From Candidatus Pacearchaeota archaeon (lineage in GTDB: Archaea; Nanobdellota; Nanobdellia; Pacearchaeales; GW2011-AR1): a DNA stretch of 64,000 nt. A program made the translations under genes and the position numbers. Location: positions 627,262 through 691,261 of the forward strand of contig JBAZXH010000001.1 in assembly GCA_041659945.1 (NCBI GenBank). The letters are read 5' to 3'. Shown piece by piece: positions 8,904 to 17,007 of this stretch (its first letter is position 1; each line of letters begins with the position of its first letter). Under the pieces are notes generated by a model. It had not been told where the DNA came from and ran no database searches. It saw only the letters and a list, made by a program, of their open reading frames with translations.

Positions 8904-9105
8904 AGAAGATAAAATATTGAAAAAATATAAAGAACTATTTGAAGCTCTTGAAAATTATGATAAAACAAGAGAGCTGCCATTTCAAAGAAAAAGAATAGAT
9001 ATCACTCTTTCAGTGAGAACTATAGACAAACTTAAGAGTATGAAACATAAAACAGGTAAGCCCGTATCCCAAATTATTGAAGAGTGTTTGAATAAGAATA
9101 ATTAA
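8890..9105 (+). CDS. ribbon-helix-helix (CopG-like) putative antitoxin
   Basis: 71 aa. RIDITLSVRTIDKLKSMKHKTGKPVSQIIEECL has a strand-helix-helix pattern. Overlaps the doc stop by 14 nt. Confidence 0.55.
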   Translation: MQSGKEDKILKKYKELFEALENYDKTRELPFQRKRIDITLSVRTIDKLKSMKHKTGKPVSQIIEECLNKNN

Positions 9106-9120
9106 TTTGATTTTAGTTAT

Positions 9121-9570
9121 TTATAGCTCAACAAATTCTGATTTAATCTGTTTTAGTGAGGTTGTAGAGATCATTTTTATGAATCCATATTTCTTAATTG
9201 ATGTTTTTACCCATTCATAATATTCATCAATATCCCTTGTTCTTAATTTAATTAATAGTTCATATTCCCCTGTACAAATATCAATGCTTTCAACCTTTTG
9301 GTCTTTTGCAATTTCTTTTGCAATTGTTTCTGGATCAGAGTAACTTTTTTTATCAAGGTTTATAAAAATATACACACAATGCCCCTCATTTATCTTTTTA
9401 TAATCAAAAACTGCTTTGTATGTCTTTATTACCTCATCTCGCTCTAGTTTTTTTATATTATAATGTATTGTTGTTGAAGGTTCTTTTAGTTTTATTGCTA
9501 TTCTTGCTATTTGTGGAGTACAATATCCTTGTTTAAAAAGTTCTATTATTTTTGGTGTTATATCTTTCAT
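9121..9570 (-). CDS. Lrp/AsnC family transcriptional regulator
   Basis: N-terminal HTH (CTPQIARIAIKLKEPSTTIHYNIKKLERDEVI) plus a C-terminal RAM-like alpha/beta domain. 149 aa. Confidence 0.75.
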   Translation of the reverse strand: MKDITPKIIELFKQGYCTPQIARIAIKLKEPSTTIHYNIKKLERDEVIKTYKAVFDYKKINEGHCVYIFINLDKKSYSDPETIAKEIAKDQKVESIDICTGEYELLIKLRTRDIDEYYEWVKTSIKKYGFIKMISTTSLKQIKSEFVEL

Positions 9571-9671
9571 TTTGTTATAAATTGAATAATATTCAACTAT
9601 TTATATACTTTTTGGTTATTATCTGAATAATCTACAATAAGATATATATAGACTCTTTTTTATCTGGCTTT

Positions 9672-10103
9672 ATGAAACAAAAAACAAAAATAAATACAAA
9701 TGGAACCAAAAGGCTAGCAATTCTGCTCGGGCTTGCAGGAGTAGATGGAGCAGTAGCTCTAGCCGCGGTTGCAGGACTTTTTACAATTGGAAATGCTTTG
9801 TTAATTGCAGTTTTATTTATGGCAGGGCCCGGAGCAATTACTCTTGCTGCTTTAATTGATGGTTCACTTAAGGAGAGAATGCTGAGTGCTCTTTTAGCAG
9901 GAGTTATTGCTACTTGTATAGTTATGCTTTCTGCAGGTTTTGGGCCTAAAATACTTGGGTTTGTTAATCTAAATGTACTAAGAGTTATTGGAGGAATTTC
10001 AATAGGGTTAGTTGCTTTGCTTGTTGCAGGTGTAAAAATTCCAAATAATTTACCATTAGGAGTTATGGCTACTGGTTTAGTTCTTAGTTTTATATTGAGG
10101 TAA
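9672..10103 (+). CDS. Gly/Ala-rich polytopic membrane protein
   Basis: 143 aa with about 4 hydrophobic segments. The opposite-strand ORF 9632..10138 is its shadow. SD-like AGGAGGG at 10106-10112 couples it to the next gene. Confidence 0.6.
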   Translation: MKQKTKINTNGTKRLAILLGLAGVDGAVALAAVAGLFTIGNALLIAVLFMAGPGAITLAALIDGSLKERMLSALLAGVIATCIVMLSAGFGPKILGFVNLNVLRVIGGISIGLVALLVAGVKIPNNLPLGVMATGLVLSFILR

Positions 10104-10117
10104 TTAGGAGGGCTAAA

Positions 10118-10573
10118 ATGAATGGATACTTTGTACATGCATTACTTGCTGAAGATAGAATAAGAACTCTTAAATGTGACTGTGAAAGATCTTTGCCAAG
10201 AATTCAAAGAGAGTTTGGTTTAGAGATAACACTGGATGAGGTATTTGAAAGAGTTTGGGCTCATAGAGATAGTTTAGAATTAGTTGAAAGATTTAATGAT
10301 GCTAAATTAACTGTTGAATCTTTGGGAAGAGATTTAGATTTATATAGAAACAATCCTGGTAGTGTTGTTGAAACTATTGGGTTTTCAGATAGGGCAAGTT
10401 CAATTGCGAAAAGTTTATCTGAATCTTACAGTAGACTTTTGGAGTTGAAAAATGAATTAAGAATTATAGGTGTTAATCCTGAAAATTGTTCTTTTCCTAA
10501 TACAATGTATGAATTATACAAATCTGCGAGTATGGTTGGGGAACAGACAGAGATGGAAATGGAGGACAAATAA
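10118..10573 (+). CDS. hypothetical protein (operon I)
   Basis: 151-aa ORF, with ATG 6 nt after AGGAGGG. No motif recognised. Confidence 0.55.
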   Translation: MNGYFVHALLAEDRIRTLKCDCERSLPRIQREFGLEITLDEVFERVWAHRDSLELVERFNDAKLTVESLGRDLDLYRNNPGSVVETIGFSDRASSIAKSLSESYSRLLELKNELRIIGVNPENCSFPNTMYELYKSASMVGEQTEMEMEDK

Positions 10574-10574
10574 A

Positions 10575-10943
10575 ATGGTAAAAAGTTTTTCTGAGCAAAA
10601 GAATCATTTGTGTATTTGTAATGATGAAGCTAATAATTACCAATTTATGGTGGCTAGAACTAGAAATCAACGTACAAATGATACAAGAATTTATGCAATA
10701 CCCTGTTTAGAAGTTGAGAGAGTGGTTGCTGAAAGAGAAGAAAATAAGAGTATAATTGCCTTTTTAGAAAGAGTTCATTTAGATCCAACTATTGAAGAAG
10801 CATATCTTTTAACTCAGGGCTGGAGAGATCTTTGTGAAGCTAAAGCTGCTTTGTTAAAGTATGGAGGAGTTTTAGTTAGAACTGTTTCAAGCAAACCTGT
10901 TTTAGAAGATTTAACAAGAAGTTTAATTGAAGGAAATAAATAA
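10575..10943 (+). CDS. hypothetical protein (operon I)
   Basis: Start moved to the ATG at 10575, which follows the upstream TAA at 10571-10573 (TAAAATG junction). The track start at 10470 would overlap the upstream gene by 104 nt. Confidence 0.5.
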   Translation: MVKSFSEQKNHLCICNDEANNYQFMVARTRNQRTNDTRIYAIPCLEVERVVAEREENKSIIAFLERVHLDPTIEEAYLLTQGWRDLCEAKAALLKYGGVLVRTVSSKPVLEDLTRSLIEGNK

Positions 10944-10944
10944 A

Positions 10945-11169
10945 ATGAAACAACAATCTGTGGAAGAATTGGTTAGACTTGCAAAAATATCTCTTTCTTG
11001 TGGAAGAGATAAAAAGTATTGGGTTTATGTTGATGAACTCCAGCTTCTTTTAGAAGCAGGAGCAAAATACTGCAAGAAAAATAGCTTTGAAAGTGATGAC
11101 AGATATACTCAAGAGGTTTTGTACGAAGGGATTATTTTTCAAACAGTTACAGAGCACAAATTGGATTAA
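10945..11169 (+). CDS. hypothetical small protein (operon I)
   Basis: ATG at 10945, one nt after the TAA at 10941-10943 (TAAAATG junction). 74 aa. Confidence 0.5.
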   Translation: MKQQSVEELVRLAKISLSCGRDKKYWVYVDELQLLLEAGAKYCKKNSFESDDRYTQEVLYEGIIFQTVTEHKLD

Positions 11170-11239
11170 ATTATAACTTACAAGTAGTTACAAATGGAAA
11201 GGTTTAAAAAGTGAAAAATGTCGGTAAATATGAGGTAAA

Positions 11240-11614
11240 ATGAAATCAGAATCAGTAAGACATAGATTAAATGTTAGGGCCACTCCCTTTCATTTAAAAA
11301 AATTTGTAGCATACAGAAGTGAACGTGAACATGTGTATGTTAGCTATGGCTTTATGACTCAAGATGGTTTGGAAGTTCCTTTTCATGAAACTGAGAATCA
11401 GTCAGTATATCAAATTAGAGTTTATGATAGAAATGGAGTATCAAGTCCGGGTGTAAAATCAGGTCCATATGTTACATTCTCAAGTACTGCTTTTCAAGCA
11501 TTAAGTAATGAGCATTTTGTTTTAGACTTGTTAAGAGAAATATCTAAAACAAAACCCCCTTTAGAAGAGTTAGAAGGTTTAATTGAAGAATCACTTGAAG
11601 GTATGGAAGATTAG
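11240..11614 (+). CDS. hypothetical protein (operon I)
   Basis: 124-aa ORF with GAGGT 5 nt upstream of the ATG. Confidence 0.5.
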   Translation: MKSESVRHRLNVRATPFHLKKFVAYRSEREHVYVSYGFMTQDGLEVPFHETENQSVYQIRVYDRNGVSSPGVKSGPYVTFSSTAFQALSNEHFVLDLLREISKTKPPLEELEGLIEESLEGMED

Positions 11615-11666
11615 TTAAGAAATATTAAAGTGAATATAAAGATTAAATAATGTTTGATAAAATAAA

Positions 11667-12152
11667 ATGGCAAAAAAGTATACTAGAGAAGAAATTGAAG
11701 GTTCAAGAAATTGGATGAGAAAAAATTGTTTTCCAAATGTTCAAGTTGATTTAGCTGAGGCTGGGCTTAGATTTGATTATTTTGTAATGCCTCAGAATCT
11801 TTGTCCTCAACTGCCTGATTTTGTTTATAGATGTACTGGAAGTCCTGAAGATGGATATGTTTTTGGAATTTCTGAAACTGTTCCTGAAATATTTAGACCA
11901 TTTGCAGTTGCACACGAGTTTATGGAATTTGGTCAAATTGGTTTGGACGTTAATGGTAGATGCTTGCAGGCTTTAGAAAAAGAAATTGAATTAGTTCCAG
12001 GTGATATTAGACCTGAATATATTAAAATGAGAAGAAGATTTTTTGATAATCTTGTTAAGTGGACTAGAGCTCAACCTGATTATGATCAATTAGATATTGT
12101 TGAATTTGAAGGAAGTTTGGCAAGATTAAATGAGCTTGTACGTGGGGAATAA
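11667..12152 (+). CDS. hypothetical protein with HExxE-like motif (operon I)
   Basis: 161 aa. AVAHEFMEF could be a degenerate metallopeptidase-type motif. This is unproven. Confidence 0.5.
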   Translation: MAKKYTREEIEGSRNWMRKNCFPNVQVDLAEAGLRFDYFVMPQNLCPQLPDFVYRCTGSPEDGYVFGISETVPEIFRPFAVAHEFMEFGQIGLDVNGRCLQALEKEIELVPGDIRPEYIKMRRRFFDNLVKWTRAQPDYDQLDIVEFEGSLARLNELVRGE

Positions 12153-12153
12153 A

Positions 12154-12897
12154 ATGGCAAAAAATAAGGTAATTAAGATTGCGAAAAGATTAGCTTTGGT
12201 TAGTTTAATTACTGCAGGTTTAGTTGGAGTTACTGTTGAAGTTGGACTAAGGATGAGAAATTATTTAGAAAGACCAGTAAACTACACTTTAATTCATGTT
12301 AAGCAGACTCATGCACTTAGACCAGAAGAATTTTCTCCAGCTTCAAGATTTGATAAATATAATGCTCAATGTAAAACATTAGACTCTTTAGAAGATGTTT
12401 TTAATTCAAATCCTATTGATGGATTTTATCCAGAAGGGGTTAGAACTGAAGATTGTGAAAAATATAATTCTGGACTTAGAGATTTGTCTGAAAGAATAGA
12501 AGATCCAGAATCAACTTCAATTTCAGTACTAAATGCTATTATTAATCCAACTGATAAAGTTCAATCTGCATTTGCACAAGCGCCTGCAGCCACAGTTTTT
12601 AGTTTAAGACATAACTTAGCTTGGAACCCTACTGGAACAAGAAGAATTAATGAAAAAGCATCAGCAGAAGTAAAAAGAGATCCTTATACAAATTCTCCAA
12701 TAGTTTATGGTGATAGAGAGGACTTTTTATTAAAACAAATTTCAAAAGATTATCCTGCTGGAGGAACTTTTTTAACTCTTTATGGTTCTAATCATGATTT
12801 CTCAGATAATGTTGACAGATGGAATGAAACACATCCAAAAAGAAAGATTTCTTTGGTTGTAGTTGATGGTAAGAATGTTGAGAGGAAAGCGAGATGA
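12154..12897 (+). CDS. N-terminally membrane-anchored hypothetical protein (operon I)
   Basis: ATG at 12154 follows the TAA at 12150-12152 (TAAAATG junction). Single N-terminal TM (LALVSLITAGLVGVTVEVGL). HVKQTH...EG...YGSNHDF is faintly TraB/Tiki/ChaN-like. Confidence 0.5.
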   Translation: MAKNKVIKIAKRLALVSLITAGLVGVTVEVGLRMRNYLERPVNYTLIHVKQTHALRPEEFSPASRFDKYNAQCKTLDSLEDVFNSNPIDGFYPEGVRTEDCEKYNSGLRDLSERIEDPESTSISVLNAIINPTDKVQSAFAQAPAATVFSLRHNLAWNPTGTRRINEKASAEVKRDPYTNSPIVYGDREDFLLKQISKDYPAGGTFLTLYGSNHDFSDNVDRWNETHPKRKISLVVVDGKNVERKAR

Positions 12898-14027
12898 GAA
12901 ATAATAATTCAATTGCAAGAAGAACCTTTTTAGGTTTATGTGGAGCTGGAGCTTTGAGTTCATTAGTTGGTTCATCTACTAGTTGTTCTAGGTCTAAGGC
13001 TTATACTTTAAAAGAACCAAACCAAGACGAACTTAGAGAGAGTGTTTTAATGTATTTAGCTCAGCCTAAATTTTCAGGTAAAGGATTTATGAGACAGATA
13101 AGTGGAACAGATGCTGAATTAAGGCTTTTTGATCTTCCTGAAAAGATGTTGTACTTTTCTATTCCAAATAGAGTTTTGAATCAGGGAAACTTTGAAGAGA
13201 CTATGGCAAAGTTAACACTAAATCTTCAAGGCGTAAGATTTGGCAAAACAGATGCAGATAAATTTTTTGGAGGCATTGGTGATCCAGTTTCTCTTGATGG
13301 TTATGTTTTAAATGTTCCTGAAACTTTTTTCTTTGGATTTCCTTCTGGAGATTTTAGAATTGATCCAAAGGGAGTTATATCTGTACCATTTCCTAGTGCA
13401 AATTATAATTTAAGTTTAAAAGAGCTTTATAATTTTCTTGATAATGCTAGCATATATGGTGGAAATTTGGTTTTTAATTCTGGACGAAATGAAAGAGGTT
13501 TAGTAGCTGGAGCTAATCACGGAGCTTTTGTTGCAAGAAAGGGAGAACCTTCGTTGGAAAGATTTGTCAGATCTTTAACAGATGGAATTTTATCTGGCGA
13601 AGAAAAAGCTCAAAGAGTTTTGGATTTTGTGACTGGTGAGGTGGCCTATGATCATAGTGAATCTGGATCAGGTACTGAGGTTTTGAAAAGACCAAATGAA
13701 GTTTTAATGACTGGAGGTTCTGATTGTAGTGGTAAGACTATTTTGTTAGCTTCGCTGTTAGAACAAACTGGAGTTAATTATTTAATCTTGTACCTGGCTG
13801 ATAGAAAGCATATAACAACTGCTGTTGAGGGTAATTTTAGAAATGAAAATGGACTTTCTTTTAAAATAAATGGAAAAGTCTATCATGCTGCTGAGGCTAC
13901 AACTCCACATTTTAGAATCGGAGAAACTGTTGTAGATACCCCCTGGTCTTCAAAAGATATTACTGGTTTTCAAAGACCCGGATCAGATGCTAGAGTTTAT
14001 AGTGCAAGAACCGGAGAAGCTTTGTAA
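12894..14027 (+). CDS. twin-arginine signal, transglutaminase-like cysteine peptidase-fold protein (operon I)
   Basis: N-terminal ARRTFLGLCGAGAL followed by SSTSC. C-terminal GGSDCSGKTILLASLLEQTGV...KHITTAVE matches the Cys...His core of the transglutaminase-like superfamily. ATGA overlap with the upstream gene. Confidence 0.6.
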   Translation: MRNNNSIARRTFLGLCGAGALSSLVGSSTSCSRSKAYTLKEPNQDELRESVLMYLAQPKFSGKGFMRQISGTDAELRLFDLPEKMLYFSIPNRVLNQGNFEETMAKLTLNLQGVRFGKTDADKFFGGIGDPVSLDGYVLNVPETFFFGFPSGDFRIDPKGVISVPFPSANYNLSLKELYNFLDNASIYGGNLVFNSGRNERGLVAGANHGAFVARKGEPSLERFVRSLTDGILSGEEKAQRVLDFVTGEVAYDHSESGSGTEVLKRPNEVLMTGGSDCSGKTILLASLLEQTGVNYLILYLADRKHITTAVEGNFRNENGLSFKINGKVYHAAEATTPHFRIGETVVDTPWSSKDITGFQRPGSDARVYSARTGEAL

Positions 14028-14094
14028 GATTTCTGTATTATATAAAAATTTAAATAAATCGTTTTATCATTGAAATTGATTAAAATGACAAAAA

Positions 14095-15300
14095 ATGAAC
14101 CTTTTGAAAAGGTTCCCAAACCTAGAAAGAAAAATGACAAAAAAGGCTTTTTTTCAGAGAAGAAGTGTTGCTGAAATTAGAGGATTAAATTGTGAGGTAG
14201 TTGATACTCCTGAAGGATTGGTGAGTAGAATAGAAAACTTAGATCCTGAAAATGAAGGGTTAATAATTGATGTAGGGCAGGTTCCATTAACTCATCCAAG
14301 TTTTACTAGTTTAACTTCTGATTTAGAATATGCCTCAAGAATGGCTTTAAGAGGAGTTAAAAGAAAAGGAGATAAAAGAGAGTTTATTTCATATGTGCCA
14401 ATTCAACAACCAAGGTCTGTTGAAAGTGCTATTGCCATATCAAGACAAAGACATTTACCTTTTAAATTAAGAAATAAATCTTTATTTGAAGCAATGAGAT
14501 CTATTCCTGAGGGAGAAAATTTTTATGTAGGGTATATGTTTTGGCCTATTCTTGGAAATAATAAATCTCCTATTTTAGTTCCCTATTGGGCGTTGTGTAA
14601 CGGAACAGTTCTTGATGCTTACTCTCAAAGAATTTGTAAAAAACTTCCTTTTAATAAAGATCATCCAGAACAAGCAGGAACAATTGTTGAGCGAAATTAT
14701 GCTCCGGAGTTTATTACAAGAGTTCCTTCAACAGAAGATGGAAAGGGAAGATATTTGGTTAAGTGGCATAATGTTCCAATACGATCAATTCGTGAGGATG
14801 ATAGGGCAGTAATTGGTTGGAGTACAAGACCTGCTTATGGGAGAGTTAGTGAGGGGGCTTTTGAAGAAAGAGAAGATTTGGCACCTATGCATGAGTTTTT
14901 TACTCAGATTAGTCACGAAGGAAGTCATAGAAGAGGAGAAAGCTTTGAGTTTACTTTAGTTGATCCACATGCATTTGCATCATGGAGTGAATTACTAAGA
15001 TTCAGTATGAGAGAGGGAGATTATTCTCCTTGGGATACGTCTCAATATGCACTTTTATCTAGACTGGATGCTGCATATTGGAATAAAGAGAATAATAATC
15101 TTTTAGTTAGAGAAAAAAATACTCAAGGAAATTATGTTTTTAAACACCCAAGAATTGATCAACTTTCTGTTTTGTTTGCAAGACATGTTGGAGCTAGAAT
15201 AAAACAGCTTTCACCAGGACAAGTTCAAGAAACAATGTACTGGGATCCAGAAAGAGACGGAAAGATAGGAAGATATCCAGTGTTACCTGGAGAAAAATAA
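14095..15300 (+). CDS. hypothetical protein
   Basis: 401-aa ORF with an alternative start at 14134. TATA-like TATAAAAATTTAAATA at about 14041 suggests it may have its own promoter. Confidence 0.5.
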   Translation: MNLLKRFPNLERKMTKKAFFQRRSVAEIRGLNCEVVDTPEGLVSRIENLDPENEGLIIDVGQVPLTHPSFTSLTSDLEYASRMALRGVKRKGDKREFISYVPIQQPRSVESAIAISRQRHLPFKLRNKSLFEAMRSIPEGENFYVGYMFWPILGNNKSPILVPYWALCNGTVLDAYSQRICKKLPFNKDHPEQAGTIVERNYAPEFITRVPSTEDGKGRYLVKWHNVPIRSIREDDRAVIGWSTRPAYGRVSEGAFEEREDLAPMHEFFTQISHEGSHRRGESFEFTLVDPHAFASWSELLRFSMREGDYSPWDTSQYALLSRLDAAYWNKENNNLLVREKNTQGNYVFKHPRIDQLSVLFARHVGARIKQLSPGQVQETMYWDPERDGKIGRYPVLPGEK

Positions 15301-15302
15301 TC

Positions 15303-15509
15303 TTATTCTACTTTTCTTTTTCTGTCTAGACCAAATAACACCAAACCTAGAACTATGAAAATAATACCAAAGCTTATACTTTTAAAAGAAGATATTTCTG
15401 TAACGCCTACTGCAGAACCCAAAATTCTCACTTGAGATGTTAACATTAAAAATATACCAAAAACTACTGAAACCAGACTTAGTACGCGGAAAAATACTTT
15501 TGATCTCAT
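15303..15509 (-). CDS. small two-TM membrane protein
   Basis: 68 aa with two hydrophobic helices and a basic C-terminus. Confidence 0.4.
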   Translation of the reverse strand: MRSKVFFRVLSLVSVVFGIFLMLTSQVRILGSAVGVTEISSFKSISFGIIFIVLGLVLFGLDRKRKVE

Positions 15510-15617
15510 ATTTTGGAGAATCCCCTGAAGTATATAAACTTTACTTTTGAGGTGAAACTTTTTCCTCCTAAAAAAATCTATCCTAAATTTTTTGGGAATC
15601 TAAAAACCCAAACCAAA

Positions 15618-16160
15618 TTATGCAGTGTTTTTTGATATTAAAAGTTGGGTTTTGCATGGTAATTTTGCTTTAACTCTACTTACAACTTCTTTTGCAATTC
15701 TTATTTGTTTGTCTCCAGAAGTAGCTACCAAGTATATTTCTTGGTTTTGCTTTACCATGGCAGCTCTACCTATTGATTTTCCAAATGAAGCTGACATTCC
15801 TGTCTGCATACGATCTGCTCCAGCACCAGTCAACATTTTATTTTCTCTTAGAACATGATGAGGATAAACTCTAACTTCAAAATAATAAAGTCCTTGCATT
15901 TGAGTTTCAAGGTTTCTTGAGATCCACTGTCTTGCAGCTTCTAAAGCATTATCTCTTATCTGAACATTTTCTTTGCTAACTAACCTTAGAATTGTGTCAA
16001 ATTTGTTAGCATCATAGTTCTTTCTATTTCCCATGTTAAACTTACTGATTTTTTGATTTGGAGCTGCCTTTATGAAGTTCTTTGATTTTTTCTTTGACTT
16101 TCTAGTATATGGTCTTGCATATCTTTTTGAGTAAGCTCCAGCTTTTCTTAGTGCTGCCAT
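15618..16160 (-). CDS. rpl10e: 50S ribosomal protein L10e (uL16)
   Basis: AGAYSKRYARPYTRKS...ISKFNMGN and the overall pattern are typical of archaeal/eukaryotic L10e. Confidence 0.9.
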   Translation of the reverse strand: MAALRKAGAYSKRYARPYTRKSKKKSKNFIKAAPNQKISKFNMGNRKNYDANKFDTILRLVSKENVQIRDNALEAARQWISRNLETQMQGLYYFEVRVYPHHVLRENKMLTGAGADRMQTGMSASFGKSIGRAAMVKQNQEIYLVATSGDKQIRIAKEVVSRVKAKLPCKTQLLISKNTA

Positions 16161-16161
16161 T

Positions 16162-16341
16162 TTATTTTGGTGCCTCCATTCTAGCTAGTTGAGAATATCT
16201 TTCTTGACAAGATCTTCCGCCTTCAATACAATCATATTCAGTTACAACCTGAAGATACTCAGAATCCAAACCACCTTCAATTACTCTTTGAGTTAAGTCT
16301 GCTCTTTTAGGGCAACCTCTTGCACAATCACAAACGGGCAT
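16162..16341 (-). CDS. unannotated 59-aa Cys-rich protein inside the r-protein operon
   Basis: Hand translation gives MPVCDCARGCPKRADLTQRVIEGGLDSEYLQVVTEYDCIEGGRSCQERYSQLARMEAPK. Its ATG is 1 nt after the L35Ae stop, and its TAA is 1 nt before the L10e ATG. It falls below the ORF-track length cutoff. Confidence 0.55.
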   Translation of the reverse strand: MPVCDCARGCPKRADLTQRVIEGGLDSEYLQVVTEYDCIEGGRSCQERYSQLARMEAPK

Positions 16342-16342
16342 T

Positions 16343-16606
16343 TTATGCTTTAACCTCCACTTCTGTGGTTAGAGCTTGTCCTGGAAGACCCTTTTCAAAT
16401 ATTGCTCTAACTAAACCATTATTTCCGTGAGCTCCGGCAATCTTACCACTAATTACTTTTTTGGTTTGTCCGGGTGAAGTCCATGTTACTTCTTTGCCGA
16501 CTAATTTTTCAGCTTCTTTACGTGTTTTTAGACCAACATCTATTAGAAAATGTCTTTCAGTTACTGTATGTCTACCACGTCTAAATTGTATAACTTTGCC
16601 TTTCAT
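16343..16606 (-). CDS. rpl35ae: 50S ribosomal protein L35Ae
   Basis: 87 aa. GKIAGAHGNNGLVRAIFEKGLPGQA is characteristic of L35Ae. Confidence 0.85.
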   Translation of the reverse strand: MKGKVIQFRRGRHTVTERHFLIDVGLKTRKEAEKLVGKEVTWTSPGQTKKVISGKIAGAHGNNGLVRAIFEKGLPGQALTTEVEVKA

Positions 16607-16688
16607 CTTGTGTATGTTTTATCCAGCAAAAGTGCGTTTAAAAACCTTTTTGTAACATGTTCTCATTCTCATAAATCCTTATAAGTAA

Positions 16689-16943
16689 GTGGATACTAGG
16701 AATATTATGTCCGCAGTAGATCCGGCAGACCTAATAGACTGCAGTGTGGGTGAATTAAAAGATCATCCAGAGCACCCCTTACGAGTTTTAATAAGGCAAT
16801 ATGTTATGGAGCATGAAGGTTATTCTTTGCCTATAGGTAAGATTCGGCAAGAGGATCTTGAGCTTATTCAAGTGGCAACTGATGCAGGATTTAATTATTT
16901 TTCGTTAGAAAAGGCTATTGATTGTGAATTAGAAAGAGTGTAA
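16689..16943 (+). CDS. hypothetical acidic protein
   Basis: 84-aa ORF with no motif recognised. Confidence 0.4.
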   Translation: MDTRNIMSAVDPADLIDCSVGELKDHPEHPLRVLIRQYVMEHEGYSLPIGKIRQEDLELIQVATDAGFNYFSLEKAIDCELERV

Positions 16944-17007
16944 TCTTAGAAAATAATCTCAAAGCATAAAGAATCTATGATTCTTTGGGCCTTGAAATCA
17001 TAGAAAA

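Noticed and set aside
9672-15300. Operon I as a prophage or integrated plasmid.
   Set aside because: No capsid, terminase, portal, integrase or replication hallmark motifs, no flanking direct repeats, no adjacent tRNA, and codon usage like the surroundings.
16967-16985. Hairpin AAAGAATC-TAT-GATTCTTT between convergent genes, considered as a terminator feature.
   Set aside because: It is plausible, but archaeal termination does not generally depend on hairpins, and one 8-bp A/T-rich stem is expected by chance in this composition. I did not list it as a feature.
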